This document shows, piece by piece, positions 38,372 through 49,124 of a DNA stretch of 64,000 bases. The position numbers and the translations under genes were made by a program. Under the pieces are notes generated by a model. It ran no database searches. It had not been told where the DNA came from and saw only the letters and a program-made list of their open reading frames with translations. This DNA comes from Sphingobacteriales bacterium (GTDB lineage: Bacteria; Bacteroidota; Bacteroidia; Cytophagales; 172606-1), in contig JAYWIH010000029.1 of assembly GCA_043789005.1 (NCBI GenBank), forward strand, positions 3,051-67,050. Direction: 5' to 3'. Every line of letters starts with the position of its first letter. Positions within the stretch are counted from its first letter, which is position 1.

Positions 38372-39037
38372 ATGTTCCAAGAAATCACGCACCTGATCCG
38401 CAAGGAAATCTTGCTCGAATGGCGGCAACGCTACGCCCTCAACGGGATGCTGCTGTACGTTGTCAGCACCGTATTTATCTGTTACCAGAGTTTCAACCTG
38501 CGCAACGAAACCATCAGTGTACCCACTTGGAACGCCTTGTTTTGGATTATCCTGCTGTTCACTTCCGTCAATGCCGTTGCCAAAAGCTTTATGCAGGAGC
38601 GGGCGGGGCGGTTGCTGTACTATTATGTTCTGGCAAGTCCGCAAGCGATTATCTTATCCAAAATAATTTATAACGCGCTGTTAATGAGCTTAATTGCGTT
38701 GATTGGCTATTTTTTTTACGCGGTTGTGCTCGGCAATCCCGTGGGAGACCAGCCGCTGTTTGTCGCCAATATTTTGCTGGGCGGCATCGGTTTTGCCTCG
38801 GCACTCACCATGGTGTCGGGCATTGCCTCCAAGGCGGGCAACAACAGCGTGCTCATGGCGGTTCTGGGCTTTCCGGTGATGCTGCCCATGCTGCTGCTGC
38901 TCATCAAAATCTCCAAGAATGCCATTGACGGCCTAGACCGCTCGGTGAGTACGGACGAATTGGTAACGCTGCTGGCACTGAACGCGATTGTGCTGGTGCT
39001 GTCGTACCTGCTGTTTCCGTATTTGTGGAAAAGTTGA
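38372..39037 (+). CDS. ccmB: Heme exporter protein CcmB
   Basis: Multi-transmembrane protein with LLEWRQRY and LMAVLGFPV..P; first gene of the ccm cluster; TATCTTTG promoter element at 38227-38234. Confidence 0.88.
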   Translation: MFQEITHLIRKEILLEWRQRYALNGMLLYVVSTVFICYQSFNLRNETISVPTWNALFWIILLFTSVNAVAKSFMQERAGRLLYYYVLASPQAIILSKIIYNALLMSLIALIGYFFYAVVLGNPVGDQPLFVANILLGGIGFASALTMVSGIASKAGNNSVLMAVLGFPVMLPMLLLLIKISKNAIDGLDRSVSTDELVTLLALNAIVLVLSYLLFPYLWKS

Positions 39038-39205
39038 GCTTTCCCGTGCAAGCCAAAGGTTTCGGTTGTAAATTTGCGGCGGCACACGCTCTGGCTTGTG
39101 CTTTTCCGGGAAAATCCTGCGGATTTTGCACAAGCCGGAGCGTGTGCTACTGCCACCGGGAACAGCAGGCCCGCATTCCTTGTTCTACTCAAAACAATCA
39201 CCACA

Positions 39206-39898
39206 ATGCATATGCTCAGACAATCGTGGTGGAAAATACTGGCGGTGGTGCTGCTGTTCTATACCATCATCGGCGGATTCCTCATGCCCGTGCCGCGCCT
39301 GCCCATCCTGCACGAAACCATCCGTAATATGCACTTCCACGTGGCCTTGTGGTTTGCGATGATGATCATCCTGACGTTTTCGGTGGTTTACTCCATCAAG
39401 TATCTGCGCAACCCGGTTGCCCGCAACGATGATTTTGCCGTTGAAACGGCCAATGCCGGTATCCTGATTGGCTTGCTGGGCATTGCCACAGGCAGCATCT
39501 GGGCCAAATTCACGTGGGGCGCGTGGTGGGTGCAGGATCCTAAACTGAACGGGGCGGCCATTGCCATGCTCATTTACTTGGCCTATCTGGTGCTGCGCGG
39601 GTCGCTGCAGGATGCCCAGCAACGCGCCAAAATCAGTGCCATCTACAATATTTTCGCCTTCGGGATGCTTATTCCGTTGCTCTACATTTTGCCGCGCCTG
39701 AAAGGGGTGGATTCGCTGCATCCCGGGCAGGGTGGCAATCCGGGTTTCAGCGCGTATGACTTGGACAACGACCTGCGCAGAGTGTTTTATCCGGCCATCA
39801 TCGGCTGGACGCTGCTGGGCTTGTGGGTGGCTTCCATCCGCATCCGCATCCGCGCCGTTGAACAGAAAATGGAAGACCGGATTGTGGTGAATGGGTGA
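39206..39898 (+). CDS. ccmC: Heme exporter protein CcmC
   Basis: FHV, WWD domain TGSIWAKFTWGAWWVQDPKL and SLHP. Confidence 0.92.
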   Translation: MHMLRQSWWKILAVVLLFYTIIGGFLMPVPRLPILHETIRNMHFHVALWFAMMIILTFSVVYSIKYLRNPVARNDDFAVETANAGILIGLLGIATGSIWAKFTWGAWWVQDPKLNGAAIAMLIYLAYLVLRGSLQDAQQRAKISAIYNIFAFGMLIPLLYILPRLKGVDSLHPGQGGNPGFSAYDLDNDLRRVFYPAIIGWTLLGLWVASIRIRIRAVEQKMEDRIVVNG

Positions 39899-40014
39899 AA
39901 ATCAATTCAGAGGCTGGAATTTAGAATTAAAAATCCTGTCAATCCTTGAATCCGGCAAATCCTGATTCAGACAAAATAGTATCTTTTGAAAACACCAAAC
40001 CTCCCTTGTTCACA

Positions 40015-40239
40015 ATGCTGAAAAAAACAATGTTTTTCTATCTGACAATAATCCTTTCATTGAACATCCAAGCCCAACAGCCTGTTAGTGAAGTGGAAAT
40101 GGCCGATGCATTGCGTGCCAACGGCATGATTTACGTGGTGGTGCTGGTGTTGGCGGTGGTCATGGCCGGTTTTATTGCCTACCTGATTGCCACTGACCGC
40201 AAGGTTTCGCGGATTGAAAAGGAATTGAACAACAAATAG
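40015..40239 (+). CDS. CcmD-like small membrane protein
   Basis: NGMIYVVVLVL...YLIATDRKVSRIEK; lies between ccmC and ccmE. Confidence 0.75.
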   Translation: MLKKTMFFYLTIILSLNIQAQQPVSEVEMADALRANGMIYVVVLVLAVVMAGFIAYLIATDRKVSRIEKELNNK

Positions 40240-40279
40240 ACTACAGCATTTATTTCCGGAATTTTAACCTTAAATCAAT

Positions 40280-40720
40280 ATGAAACTCTCCCATATCATC
40301 GGCCTGATCGTGATTGTGGTTGCCATCGTGGTCATCGTTTCCACTACCGCCGAGGTGAGCACCTACGCCACCTTTGCCGAAGCCACTGAAATCGCGGCCA
40401 AAGACAGCGACCGAAAAATCCACGTGTCGGGTTTTTTGAAAAAGGACGCTTCCGGACAGCTTGTGGACATAAATTACCAACCGGAAATTGATCCGAACCG
40501 CTTCACTTTCAGATTGATAGATCGAAACCGCGAGGAAAAGATCGTGATTTACAGCAACCCGAAGCCGCAGGATTTTGAACGCTCAGATTCAATAGTGGTT
40601 ATTGGTAATATGCAGCACGGAGCGTTTGTGGCCGAAAAAATGCTCCTGAAATGTCCGTCCAAGTATACGGAAACCGAAATAAAAGGCGCGGAAAAAGCCA
40701 GGACGCAAGCGAGTTTGTGA
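40280..40720 (+). CDS. ccmE: Cytochrome c maturation protein CcmE (Cys-type)
   Basis: N-terminal transmembrane segment, PKPQDFER and LLKCPSKY (CxxxY heme-binding variant). Confidence 0.92.
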   Translation: MKLSHIIGLIVIVVAIVVIVSTTAEVSTYATFAEATEIAAKDSDRKIHVSGFLKKDASGQLVDINYQPEIDPNRFTFRLIDRNREEKIVIYSNPKPQDFERSDSIVVIGNMQHGAFVAEKMLLKCPSKYTETEIKGAEKARTQASL

Positions 40721-40769
40721 AGCGTTTACCATTTTCGGGTTGCCGTTAATGATCTGTCGGTAATATTTG

Positions 40770-40890
40770 GTAGAGACGTTGCACCGCAACGTCTCTTGGA
40801 CAAGGTTGATGTTGGCAATCTTTCGCATCAGAAATCTTTTCCGGAAACATTTCCATTGGCAACAAAGACGATGCGGTGCAACGTCTCTAC
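40770..40890. repeat. GTAG-family REPIN-like element (GTAGAGACGTTGCA..GCAACGTCT)
   Basis: Inverted pair at 40770-40796 and 40865-40890; a single arm with a shared flank lies at 32118-32142. Confidence 0.8.
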
Positions 40891-40970
40891 GCACGCACGC
40901 CAAAAATAGTATCTTTTAGAAAGGCCAAACCTGCCTTTATCCTATCATTCACTCAGTCCAAATTCGATAA

Positions 40971-43493
40971 ATGATTCATTACGGCATTGGTAATTTCGGT
41001 CACTTTGCAGTCATCCTTTCATTCATCACCTCGCTGGTGGCGGCCTACGGCTATTCGCAACTGAGCCGCAAGGAAAATCCCGTTGAAGTGGAGGCGTGGC
41101 GGCGGTTTTCGCGGGTGGCGTTTTTTATCCACCTGACCGCGATTGTGGCGGTTGTCGCCGCACTTTTTTACATCATCGCCAACCATTACTTTGAATATTA
41201 TTACGCCTACGACCACTCGTCGCGCAGTTTGCCGATGAACTACATCCTGGCGTGTTTCTGGGAAGGGCAGGAGGGAGCTTTCCTGCTGTGGCTGTTCTGG
41301 CACGTGTTTCTGGGCTTGGTTTTCATCTTCGCCAACCGCCAATGGGAAGGCCCGGCCATGACGGTTTTCATGCTGGTGCAGGCATTTCTGGCTTCCATGA
41401 TTCTGGGCGTGGTCATTCCGGGACTGAATTTGAAAATCGGTTCGTCGCCGTTCATCTTGCTGCGCGATGCCATGCCCGACACGCCGATTTTCAAGTCGCA
41501 ACCCGATTTCATTCCCGAAGATGGCAGCGGATTGAATGCTTTGCTGCAAAACTATTGGATGGTGATCCACCCGCCGGTGCTGTTTCTGGGCTACGCCTCC
41601 ACGCTGGTGCCGTTTGCGTTTTGCATTGCCGGGCTGTGGTACCGCAAATATTCCGAATGGGTGCGCCCCGCCATACCGTGGACGCTTTTTTCGGTGATGA
41701 TCCTGGGCACGGGCATCATCATGGGCGGCATTTGGGCGTATGAAACGCTGAATTTTGGCGGCTACTGGAACTGGGACCCGGTGGAAAACGCCGTGTACGT
41801 GCCGTGGCTGGTGCTGGTGGCGGCCGTGCACACGATGATGCTGGCCCGCAAGGACGGCACGTCGCTCAAGGCATCCATGATCCTGATTATCAGTTCGTTC
41901 CTGCTGGTGCTGTACGCCACTTTCCTTACGCGCAGCGGCATTTTGGGCAACGCCTCGGTGCATTCGTTCACCGATCTGGGCTTGTCCGGCCAGTTGCTTA
42001 TTTACCTTTTCGCATTCGTTATTCTGGCCGTGGCGTTGCTGGTGCGCGAATGGAAACGCATTCCGTCCACGCAAAAGGAACTGTCGGTTTACACCAAGGA
42101 ATTCTGGATTTTCATCGGGGCCACGATTCTCGGCTTGGCGGCGTTCCAGGTGCTGGTTCCCACGTCCATTCCGGTCTGGAACAAAATCGTCGAGGCTTTC
42201 GGGGCGGTCTCCAACGTGGCCCCACCCGCCGATGCGGTGGGTTTCTACACCAAGTTCCAACTCTGGTTTTTCATCGCCATCGCCATCATTTCGGCTACCG
42301 GGCAGTTTTTCTGGTGGAAACGCTACGAATCGATGAAGTCGCTGAACTGGCTGGCCATGCCCGTACTGCTTGCCCTGATTGCGGCGGCGTTGGTGGCCAG
42401 CCTGCTGCGCGTGGACGACTGGCAATATATTGTGCTCATGTTCGCCGCCGCCTTCTCCATCATTGTGAATGGCCGCATCCTGTGGATGGTGGCCCGGAAA
42501 GGCTACAAGCTGTCGGGTGGTTCGGTGGCCCACATCGGCGTGGCGTTGATGCTGGTCGGCATCCTGTTTTCGTCGGGCTATTCGCGCGTTGTTTCGCTGA
42601 ATATGACGGGTTTGATGTATTCGCGCGGCGCGGATTTTACCAAGGAAAACAACAAGGAAAACAAGGAAAACACGCTGCTTTGGATCAACGAACCCACGCG
42701 GATGGACAATTACTGGGTCACGTACCGGGGCAAACGCACCGAAGTGAAAGGCGTGCCCGGCTATGTGAACCCCAAACTGCTGGAACCCGCCGATGTGCCG
42801 TTCCGGGCGGTGGCGCAAAATAGTATCTCCGCAAACGGCAAAACCTACCACCAGAAAGGCGACACCGTGCGGATTTATCCCGAAAACACGTATTACGAAG
42901 TGGAATACCGCGACGAAAAAGGCCGCGTGTTCACGCTGTATCCGCGTGTGCAGCGCAATGCCGAAATGGGCGGCGTTGCCATCTCGCCCGACATCCGTAA
43001 GGAATGGGGACGCGATTTGTACACATTTGTGAACTACGACCCGGTGATTGGCGGCGAAAAACGCGAATGGAGCAAACCCGAAGAACACACCGCCCGCATC
43101 GGCGACACGCTGTTTCTGAACGATTACGTGGCCGTGCTGGAAGGCGTGGCCCGCGTGACCGACGTGCCGGGTTTGGTGCTGGCCTCGACCGATGCGGCCG
43201 TGCGGGCCAACATCCGTATCTTGGGCAAAACGCAGGAATACGCCGTGCAACCCACTTTCCTGATCAAAGACCGCACCGTGGGCCAACTGTCCGAAACCAT
43301 TGACGACTTGGGGCTGCGCATTTCGTTCCTCAACGTTGATCCGCGCCAGGGAGCCTTCACGTTTGGCGTGAGCCGCACCCAAAAGGATTACATCATCCTC
43401 AAAGCCCTCGAAAAACCGTATATCAATGTGCTTTGGATTGGCGCGGTGGTCATGCTGTCGGGATTTGTGCTGTCCATTTTCAAAAAGCGGTAA
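40971..43493 (+). CDS. ccmF: Cytochrome c heme lyase CcmF
   Basis: FWEGQEGAFLLW, GLNALLQNYWMVIHPP, WAYETLNFGGYWNWDPVENA and FLTRSG..SVHSF. Confidence 0.93.
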   Translation: MIHYGIGNFGHFAVILSFITSLVAAYGYSQLSRKENPVEVEAWRRFSRVAFFIHLTAIVAVVAALFYIIANHYFEYYYAYDHSSRSLPMNYILACFWEGQEGAFLLWLFWHVFLGLVFIFANRQWEGPAMTVFMLVQAFLASMILGVVIPGLNLKIGSSPFILLRDAMPDTPIFKSQPDFIPEDGSGLNALLQNYWMVIHPPVLFLGYASTLVPFAFCIAGLWYRKYSEWVRPAIPWTLFSVMILGTGIIMGGIWAYETLNFGGYWNWDPVENAVYVPWLVLVAAVHTMMLARKDGTSLKASMILIISSFLLVLYATFLTRSGILGNASVHSFTDLGLSGQLLIYLFAFVILAVALLVREWKRIPSTQKELSVYTKEFWIFIGATILGLAAFQVLVPTSIPVWNKIVEAFGAVSNVAPPADAVGFYTKFQLWFFIAIAIISATGQFFWWKRYESMKSLNWLAMPVLLALIAAALVASLLRVDDWQYIVLMFAAAFSIIVNGRILWMVARKGYKLSGGSVAHIGVALMLVGILFSSGYSRVVSLNMTGLMYSRGADFTKENNKENKENTLLWINEPTRMDNYWVTYRGKRTEVKGVPGYVNPKLLEPADVPFRAVAQNSISANGKTYHQKGDTVRIYPENTYYEVEYRDEKGRVFTLYPRVQRNAEMGGVAISPDIRKEWGRDLYTFVNYDPVIGGEKREWSKPEEHTARIGDTLFLNDYVAVLEGVARVTDVPGLVLASTDAAVRANIRILGKTQEYAVQPTFLIKDRTVGQLSETIDDLGLRISFLNVDPRQGAFTFGVSRTQKDYIILKALEKPYINVLWIGAVVMLSGFVLSIFKKR

Positions 43494-43554
43494 TCGCGGT
43501 AGCCGGACTTTCCAAGTCCGGCAGGTTTGGGGTTTTTGAAGGATACTATTTTTG

Positions 43555-43586
43555 AAAGGCTCAATTGGTGTCAATTGAGCCTTTTT
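43555..43586 (+). terminator. Intrinsic terminator of the ccm operon
   Basis: AAAGGCTCAATTG-GTGT-CAATTGAGCCTTTTT. Confidence 0.75.
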
Positions 43587-43656
43587 CGGGTTTTGTTGGC
43601 TGCTCAACTTCTATTTCGCTTCTTGCACAATGACCCGGTTCCCGACTGATTTTTGG

Positions 43657-44211
43657 ATGCGAAGGCACTGCATCGGCTTGCTCTGCCTGGGGCTTGCGTT
43701 CGCTTCTTGCGAAGACCTGCCCGAACCCACCACCACAGGTAAGCAGACTTTTGGCTGCCGCGTGAATGGAAAACTGTGGCGGCCAAAAGGCCGTTCTACA
43801 CCGAGCGACAACCGTGCTCCGGTGAGTGCCTATACACTTTACAATACGTCAGGCAGTGGTATTTCAAGCAATTATCTGTTCATCACTGCTTATTTTGGTG
43901 ACCAGGCCATAAAATTATCTGTAAACCAACCAAAATTGACTGCCGCCACTTTTCCTTTGGACAAACCGGCCACCTTCTGCGGTTTCAGTCCGAATGCTTT
44001 TGGCGCTTTTGCAACAGAGGGCGTGATGGTTTGCCAGAACAAATCCGAATTTATTACGGATAACCTGCATACTGGCGAGATTGTGATTACCAGATTGGAT
44101 CCGGTTGCGAAAATTGTTTCGGGTAGGTTTTCATTCGTGGGTTACGATCCTAAAACCAGACAAACCATTGAAGTGAAAGACGGACGCTTTGATTTGAATT
44201 ACAGGCCATAG
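43657..44211 (+). CDS. Hypothetical lipoprotein (DUF6252-like)
   Basis: Lipobox FASC; LPEPTTTGKQTFGCRVNGKLW and GEIVITRLD..IVSGRFSF..VKDGRFD. Confidence 0.75.
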   Translation: MRRHCIGLLCLGLAFASCEDLPEPTTTGKQTFGCRVNGKLWRPKGRSTPSDNRAPVSAYTLYNTSGSGISSNYLFITAYFGDQAIKLSVNQPKLTAATFPLDKPATFCGFSPNAFGAFATEGVMVCQNKSEFITDNLHTGEIVITRLDPVAKIVSGRFSFVGYDPKTRQTIEVKDGRFDLNYRP

Positions 44212-44238
44212 TGAATTTGCGCCTTTGCCCTTAACGCC

Positions 44239-44823
44239 ATGAAAATAAAAATATCACTTTTGTTCTACCTGTTGTGCGTTGTTGGTGCGCAGGCGCAGGA
44301 ACGCCGAACCCGCTTTGTGGTCACGCCCGCTTTTGGTTTGGGGTATAAATTATCCGACTGGCTTCACGGTGCCCCTCTGTCTCTTATGATGTGCGGACAA
44401 GTGGTTTTCAAGGAAAAATTCATTTTGGATATGCCTTTGCAGGCGTTGGGTTTCAAGGATGTGGTGTTTCAGGATCAGCGGTTTTCAAGATTGTTTGGCG
44501 ATGTGCGCATTCGTCACACCATCGCAACCATGGGCATAGGTGCAGGCTACAACCTGTTGGTTTTGAAGAAGCACAGCCTGCAACTCACAGCCGGGATGGC
44601 TTTTGTAAGCTATCAGGAACCATATCTTGCGGGAACCGGGGGAATGTTGTTCTCCGGTTACAAGGTGGATTATTATACGCACAATTCCGCCGGCCTGTAT
44701 GCCCGCATCCAGTACAATGTATTTTTGTCGGACAAGGTGTACTTTGCCTTGGGAACCACGGCACTCAGTTGCCGCGACCTCAGTTACGGGATTGCGTACG
44801 GCGGTTGTTCCTTGAAATTTTGA
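44239..44823 (+). CDS. Hypothetical outer-membrane beta-barrel protein
   Basis: Signal peptide ending AQA, beta-strand pattern and terminal Phe. Confidence 0.6.
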   Translation: MKIKISLLFYLLCVVGAQAQERRTRFVVTPAFGLGYKLSDWLHGAPLSLMMCGQVVFKEKFILDMPLQALGFKDVVFQDQRFSRLFGDVRIRHTIATMGIGAGYNLLVLKKHSLQLTAGMAFVSYQEPYLAGTGGMLFSGYKVDYYTHNSAGLYARIQYNVFLSDKVYFALGTTALSCRDLSYGIAYGGCSLKF

Positions 44824-45143
44824 TGCAGCCGGTCTGAGAACTCCGAAACCTATTCGTGCGTTTTTATTTTCATACCGGCGGGTTTTGCCTTTTTGAAACA
44901 TACTATTTCGGCATTGCAATGCTCCCGGTTCCGTGGCGCGTGTCTTCACGCGCCACTCTCGTGTCTGCATGAGTCATTTGACAAGGCAAAATCCGCCGCC
45001 CATCCCATTTCCGCCAAATTTTCCGTGACCCGGCCATATTTTTAACGCGGCTCGTACCAAGCCCGGAAATTGTGCGTTACTTGCTTGAAAACTAAAAAAA
45101 TAGTTTTACCTTGTCCGCCACCCACCCAACCACTTTCACCGCT

Positions 45144-47948
45144 ATGCTGACACGTGTACTGCTTCCGCTTTTGTTGGTTTTCTGTTGTGGCTGGGCCGTT
45201 GCCCAGAATCCGGGCCGCGTCACAATCAGAGGCGTGGTGCAGGACACGTCGGGAGCCTTGCTGCCCGGCGCAACCATGATGCTGCTGCAACCCCGTGATT
45301 CGGCTTTGGTCAATTTTTCGCGGTCGGATGCGGAGGGGCGTTTTGAGTTCAGGAATGTCAAAAACACGGCGTACATTCTTAAGATATCCTATGTCAGTTT
45401 CCTGCCTTTCCAGCGCAGCCTGCCCGTTTCGGCCACCGAAACCGTGGATGTGGGAGCCTTGAAAATCAAGCCCATCGCCAAGGAATTGCTCGAAGTCGTG
45501 ATCAAGGCTGCCCGTGCGCCGCTCAGCATCAAGGGCGACACCATTGAATACAATGCGGCCTCGTTCAAGGTACCGCCCGGCTCCACGGTCGAGGATTTGC
45601 TGCGCCGCCTGCCCGGCATTGAAGTGGATGGCGACGGCAACATAAAATCGCAGGGGCGCGACGTGCGCAAGGTGCTGGTGGATGGCAAGACTTTCTTTGG
45701 CGACGACCCTAAGGCGGCCACCAAAAACCTGGGTGCGGAAACGATTTCAAAGGTGCAAGTCTATAACGATAAGTCGGAACAGGCCAAGTTGACGGGCGTG
45801 GACGACGGCAAACGCGAAAAAGCCATGAACCTGAAATTGAAAGATGAGTTCAAGAAAGGCGCGTTTGGCAAGCTCACGTTGGCGGGCGGCACCCAATCGC
45901 GGTGGGCGGCGCGGGGCAATTACAACCGGTTCAACAAGAAAGAGCAATTCTCAATTCTGGGCTACGGTAACAACATCAACGAGACGGGCGTAAACTGGGA
46001 GGATTACGGCGAATTCCGGGGCAACAATTCATTCAACCGCGAGGATAACGGCGACTACGGCTTCAACAATGGCGGCGGCCGGTTTTTCTACTTCAGCGGC
46101 GGCGACCTGCTCAACAATTTCGACGGGCGGGGCTTCACCAAAAACGCGGGCAGCGGTGTGAATTACAATTACACACACCAGAAAACCAAACTCAGCACCA
46201 GCTACTTCTACAACCAGACGCGCCTCACGCTTGACCAGTTCCAGAACCGGCAGACGTTCCAGCCCGGCGGCTCGTTTTTCACCACCGACACGCTTAACCG
46301 AACCGATTTCCGGGGAAACCACAGCATTGCCGGACGGCTTGAACAGATGCTGGACTCGAACAACACGCTGATTGCCAAGGCAAACTTGCGTTTCAGCAAC
46401 TCCGACGTGCGCGATAACCAAGCCCAACGGTATCTGACGGAGGGCAACCAATTGCAAAACCGCCTGCAAATCAACAACGGCAACGACCTGCGTTCGTTCA
46501 CGGTGGGCAGTACGTTGATTTTCCGGCACAAATTCAAGAAAAAAGGCCGGAACTTGGCTTTCAGCGGCGGCTACAACGGCAGTTCATCCGACGGGACGGA
46601 GAATCTTTCTTCACTCAGTCGTTTTTTCAATGCCGTTGACCCCAACCAGCAAATCCGCGCCATCGGGCAGCTCAATGCCAATGCCAATACCCAGAACCAA
46701 CTGAAAGCCAGCGCGTTGTACCTGACACCGCTGGCCAAGAAATTCTACTGGGAGACATTCTATAACTTCAGCAACGACAGCCGAGAGGTGAGCCGCGACG
46801 CGTTCAACACGCGGCAGAACGATGCCCGGATTGACAGCCTGAGCGTGTTCTACACCAACCAGATCATGTATAACCGCGTGGGTTCCAGTTTGCGTTATTC
46901 GCACGCCGGGGTCAATGTATCGGCGGGGTTTGCGGGTTTGCGCTACGATTTGGCGGGCAAATTTGCGGGCAGCCGCGAAGGCAGTATCCGGGCTGACATT
47001 GACCGCAATTTCACGGCCTGGACACCCAACCTCACCGCCGACATCCAGTTCAAGAACAACGCTTACCTGAGTGCCAACTACAACCTGAATGTGCAGGCTC
47101 CGCAACTCAATGACTTGCAGCCGGTTATTAACAACAACAATCCGTTTTTCATCACCACCGGCAATCCGGATTTGCTGCCCGAAAAAAGCCACAGCGTCAG
47201 CCTGTCTTTCAATAAATTCGATCCGTCCACGTTCACGTACATCAACCTGGGTGCGGACTACAATTATTATTTGAGCCAGATTATCTATACCCAGACCATT
47301 GATGCCGGTTTTGTGACGCGCACCCGGCCCGAAAACATTGCGGGCGGCAACAATGCCAATGTGTATTTTTACGCCGGGGTGCCAATCGTCAAAACCAAAA
47401 TCACAGCCAACCTGAACGGCAACTTGGGCATCGGCAACAGCCCGACGTTCATCAACGCCGTGCGCAACGAGACCGACAACCGCAGCTACACCATCGGGGC
47501 CAGCCTTAACATCACGCCTAATGAGAAAGTGATTGTGGGCGCGGGCGGACGGCTTAATTTCACGAACATCGAATATTCAATTGAAAAGCAGCAGAACCAA
47601 CAGATTCAGAACCACAGCGTGGATGCGTCGGTGAAATGGAATTTTGCGAAAAAACTTTTCTTTGAAAGCAACCTCGATTACAATACGTACCGCAACAACC
47701 GTTTCGGCTTCAACCAGAGCATCCCGATTTTCAATTGCTCGGTGCGCCGTTTGTTGTTGAAAGACAACAAGCTGGAATTGCGGCTGGCGGCTTTCGATAT
47801 GTTCAACCAACGCCGCAACATTGTGCAGGAAGGCTCGCTGAACTTCATCAGCCAGCAGACCGCCCGCACGCTGGCGCGTTATTTCATGCTCAGCGTATCG
47901 TACAATGTGCGCGGCAACAGCGACAAACTGAAAAAGGACGGCTGGTAG
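45144..47948 (+). CDS. TonB-dependent receptor-like outer-membrane beta-barrel protein
   Basis: KGDTIEYNA, EDLLRRLPGIEV, VDGKTFFGDDP and GNPDLLPE; paired with a GLPGLI protein. Confidence 0.9.
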   Translation: MLTRVLLPLLLVFCCGWAVAQNPGRVTIRGVVQDTSGALLPGATMMLLQPRDSALVNFSRSDAEGRFEFRNVKNTAYILKISYVSFLPFQRSLPVSATETVDVGALKIKPIAKELLEVVIKAARAPLSIKGDTIEYNAASFKVPPGSTVEDLLRRLPGIEVDGDGNIKSQGRDVRKVLVDGKTFFGDDPKAATKNLGAETISKVQVYNDKSEQAKLTGVDDGKREKAMNLKLKDEFKKGAFGKLTLAGGTQSRWAARGNYNRFNKKEQFSILGYGNNINETGVNWEDYGEFRGNNSFNREDNGDYGFNNGGGRFFYFSGGDLLNNFDGRGFTKNAGSGVNYNYTHQKTKLSTSYFYNQTRLTLDQFQNRQTFQPGGSFFTTDTLNRTDFRGNHSIAGRLEQMLDSNNTLIAKANLRFSNSDVRDNQAQRYLTEGNQLQNRLQINNGNDLRSFTVGSTLIFRHKFKKKGRNLAFSGGYNGSSSDGTENLSSLSRFFNAVDPNQQIRAIGQLNANANTQNQLKASALYLTPLAKKFYWETFYNFSNDSREVSRDAFNTRQNDARIDSLSVFYTNQIMYNRVGSSLRYSHAGVNVSAGFAGLRYDLAGKFAGSREGSIRADIDRNFTAWTPNLTADIQFKNNAYLSANYNLNVQAPQLNDLQPVINNNNPFFITTGNPDLLPEKSHSVSLSFNKFDPSTFTYINLGADYNYYLSQIIYTQTIDAGFVTRTRPENIAGGNNANVYFYAGVPIVKTKITANLNGNLGIGNSPTFINAVRNETDNRSYTIGASLNITPNEKVIVGAGGRLNFTNIEYSIEKQQNQQIQNHSVDASVKWNFAKKLFFESNLDYNTYRNNRFGFNQSIPIFNCSVRRLLLKDNKLELRLAAFDMFNQRRNIVQEGSLNFISQQTARTLARYFMLSVSYNVRGNSDKLKKDGW

Positions 47949-48000
47949 AATGAACATGAATGCGGATTGCGGATTTGGGAATGCGGAATAAACGAATTTC

Positions 48001-48114
48001 AACAACCTCACCCCCGGCCCCTCTCCTGCTGAGAGGGGAGAAAAAAAGGCGTCTTTGCTCTTTCGGTATTTTGCTCCCCTCTCAGCAGGAGAGGGGCCGG
48101 GGGGGGAGGTTGTT
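48001..48114. repeat. Inverted pair of C-rich palindromic repeats
   Basis: AACAACCTCACCCCCGGCCCCTCTCCTGCTGAGAGGGGAG ... CTCCCCTCTCAGCAGGAGAGGGGCCGGGGGGGGAGGTTGTT. Confidence 0.85.
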
Positions 48115-48169
48115 TTGGTTTGGCCTTTTTAAAAGATACTATTTTAACAACCGATTCACTGATTTTTCC

Positions 48170-48913
48170 ATGAAAAGACTGTTCATTTTTCTTCTGTCAA
48201 TATTTTCCCTTTCCAGTCAGGCCCAAACCGAAGGCGTGGTGCACTACACGCGCACCACGTACTGGACAAAAATGTACAGCCAACTCACGTTCATCAGCAA
48301 GCAGGAAAAGGAACGGCTGGCGTATATGTTCAGTGGCAAGGACGACTGGCGCGAATACACGCTGCTGTATTTCAACGACAAGGCCAGCAAATACGAGGAG
48401 TCGGATGAGAAATCGGACGAGTCGGAGGGCTATGCTTGGCGCAAATCGCCGTATATGGTCAGGCGCGATTTTGAAAAAAACACCATGACCGACATTATTG
48501 AACTGGCGGGCAAAACATACATTATCGAGGATTCGCTGCGCCAACCCAACTGGAAGATACTCAACGACTTGAAAGACGTGGCGGGCCACATCTGCATGAA
48601 AGCCATGACCGAAGACACCGTGAAAAAGCAGAAGATTGTGGCTTGGTTCGCGCAGGATTTGCCTTCCAATGCCGGCCCCGAACGACTGTTCGGCCTGCCC
48701 GGCCTGATCCTTGAACTCGATATCAACGATGGAACCGTACTGATAGAGGCCACCAAGATTGTGCCCAAAAAGCTGGCGCAGGAACTGGATTTGCCCAAGA
48801 AGCTGAAAGGCGTGAAACTCAACGAAAACGGGTATCAGAAAGCCTTGGACAAATTCATCCGCGAAAAAATCAAGGAGGAACGCAGCCCGTACTGGGGCGG
48901 CGTGCGGTATTGA
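48170..48913 (+). CDS. GLPGLI family protein
   Basis: AWFAQDLP..AGPERLFGLPGLILEL. Confidence 0.93.
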   Translation: MKRLFIFLLSIFSLSSQAQTEGVVHYTRTTYWTKMYSQLTFISKQEKERLAYMFSGKDDWREYTLLYFNDKASKYEESDEKSDESEGYAWRKSPYMVRRDFEKNTMTDIIELAGKTYIIEDSLRQPNWKILNDLKDVAGHICMKAMTEDTVKKQKIVAWFAQDLPSNAGPERLFGLPGLILELDINDGTVLIEATKIVPKKLAQELDLPKKLKGVKLNENGYQKALDKFIREKIKEERSPYWGGVRY

Positions 48914-49124
48914 GTGGTCATTTTCCGGTGCCTTTTTCAGCAACGCAGCCTCCGGAACAAACGCTGTCTTTTGTGTGCCCCGAAAAAAATAACGCCGCAG
49001 CCCGTGAAAGCGTTGGGCTCCACGGGCTGCCGCATTAAAGTGTTTGTTTTTGCCAAGGGGGTTTGGCAGTTTTGAAAGATACTATTTTCAGCCGCCATGC
49101 ACAAGCTAAAGCGTGTGTTACTGC

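Noticed and set aside
38372-43493. ccm operon lacking ccmA/G/H and with Cys-type CcmE as a novelty
   Set aside because: The CxxxY CcmE variant of System I is established, and the missing genes may lie elsewhere in the genome.
41019-43607. Long antisense ORFs (for example 862 aa opposite ccmF, 591 aa opposite thrS, 483 aa opposite the amylase)
   Set aside because: These are shadow frames produced by G/C-ending codon bias of real genes, with no recognisable motifs.
45097-45126. Possible additional motif copy (AAAATAGTTTTACC...)
   Set aside because: The core is broken and the AAACC box is absent at the fixed distance, so it was not counted.
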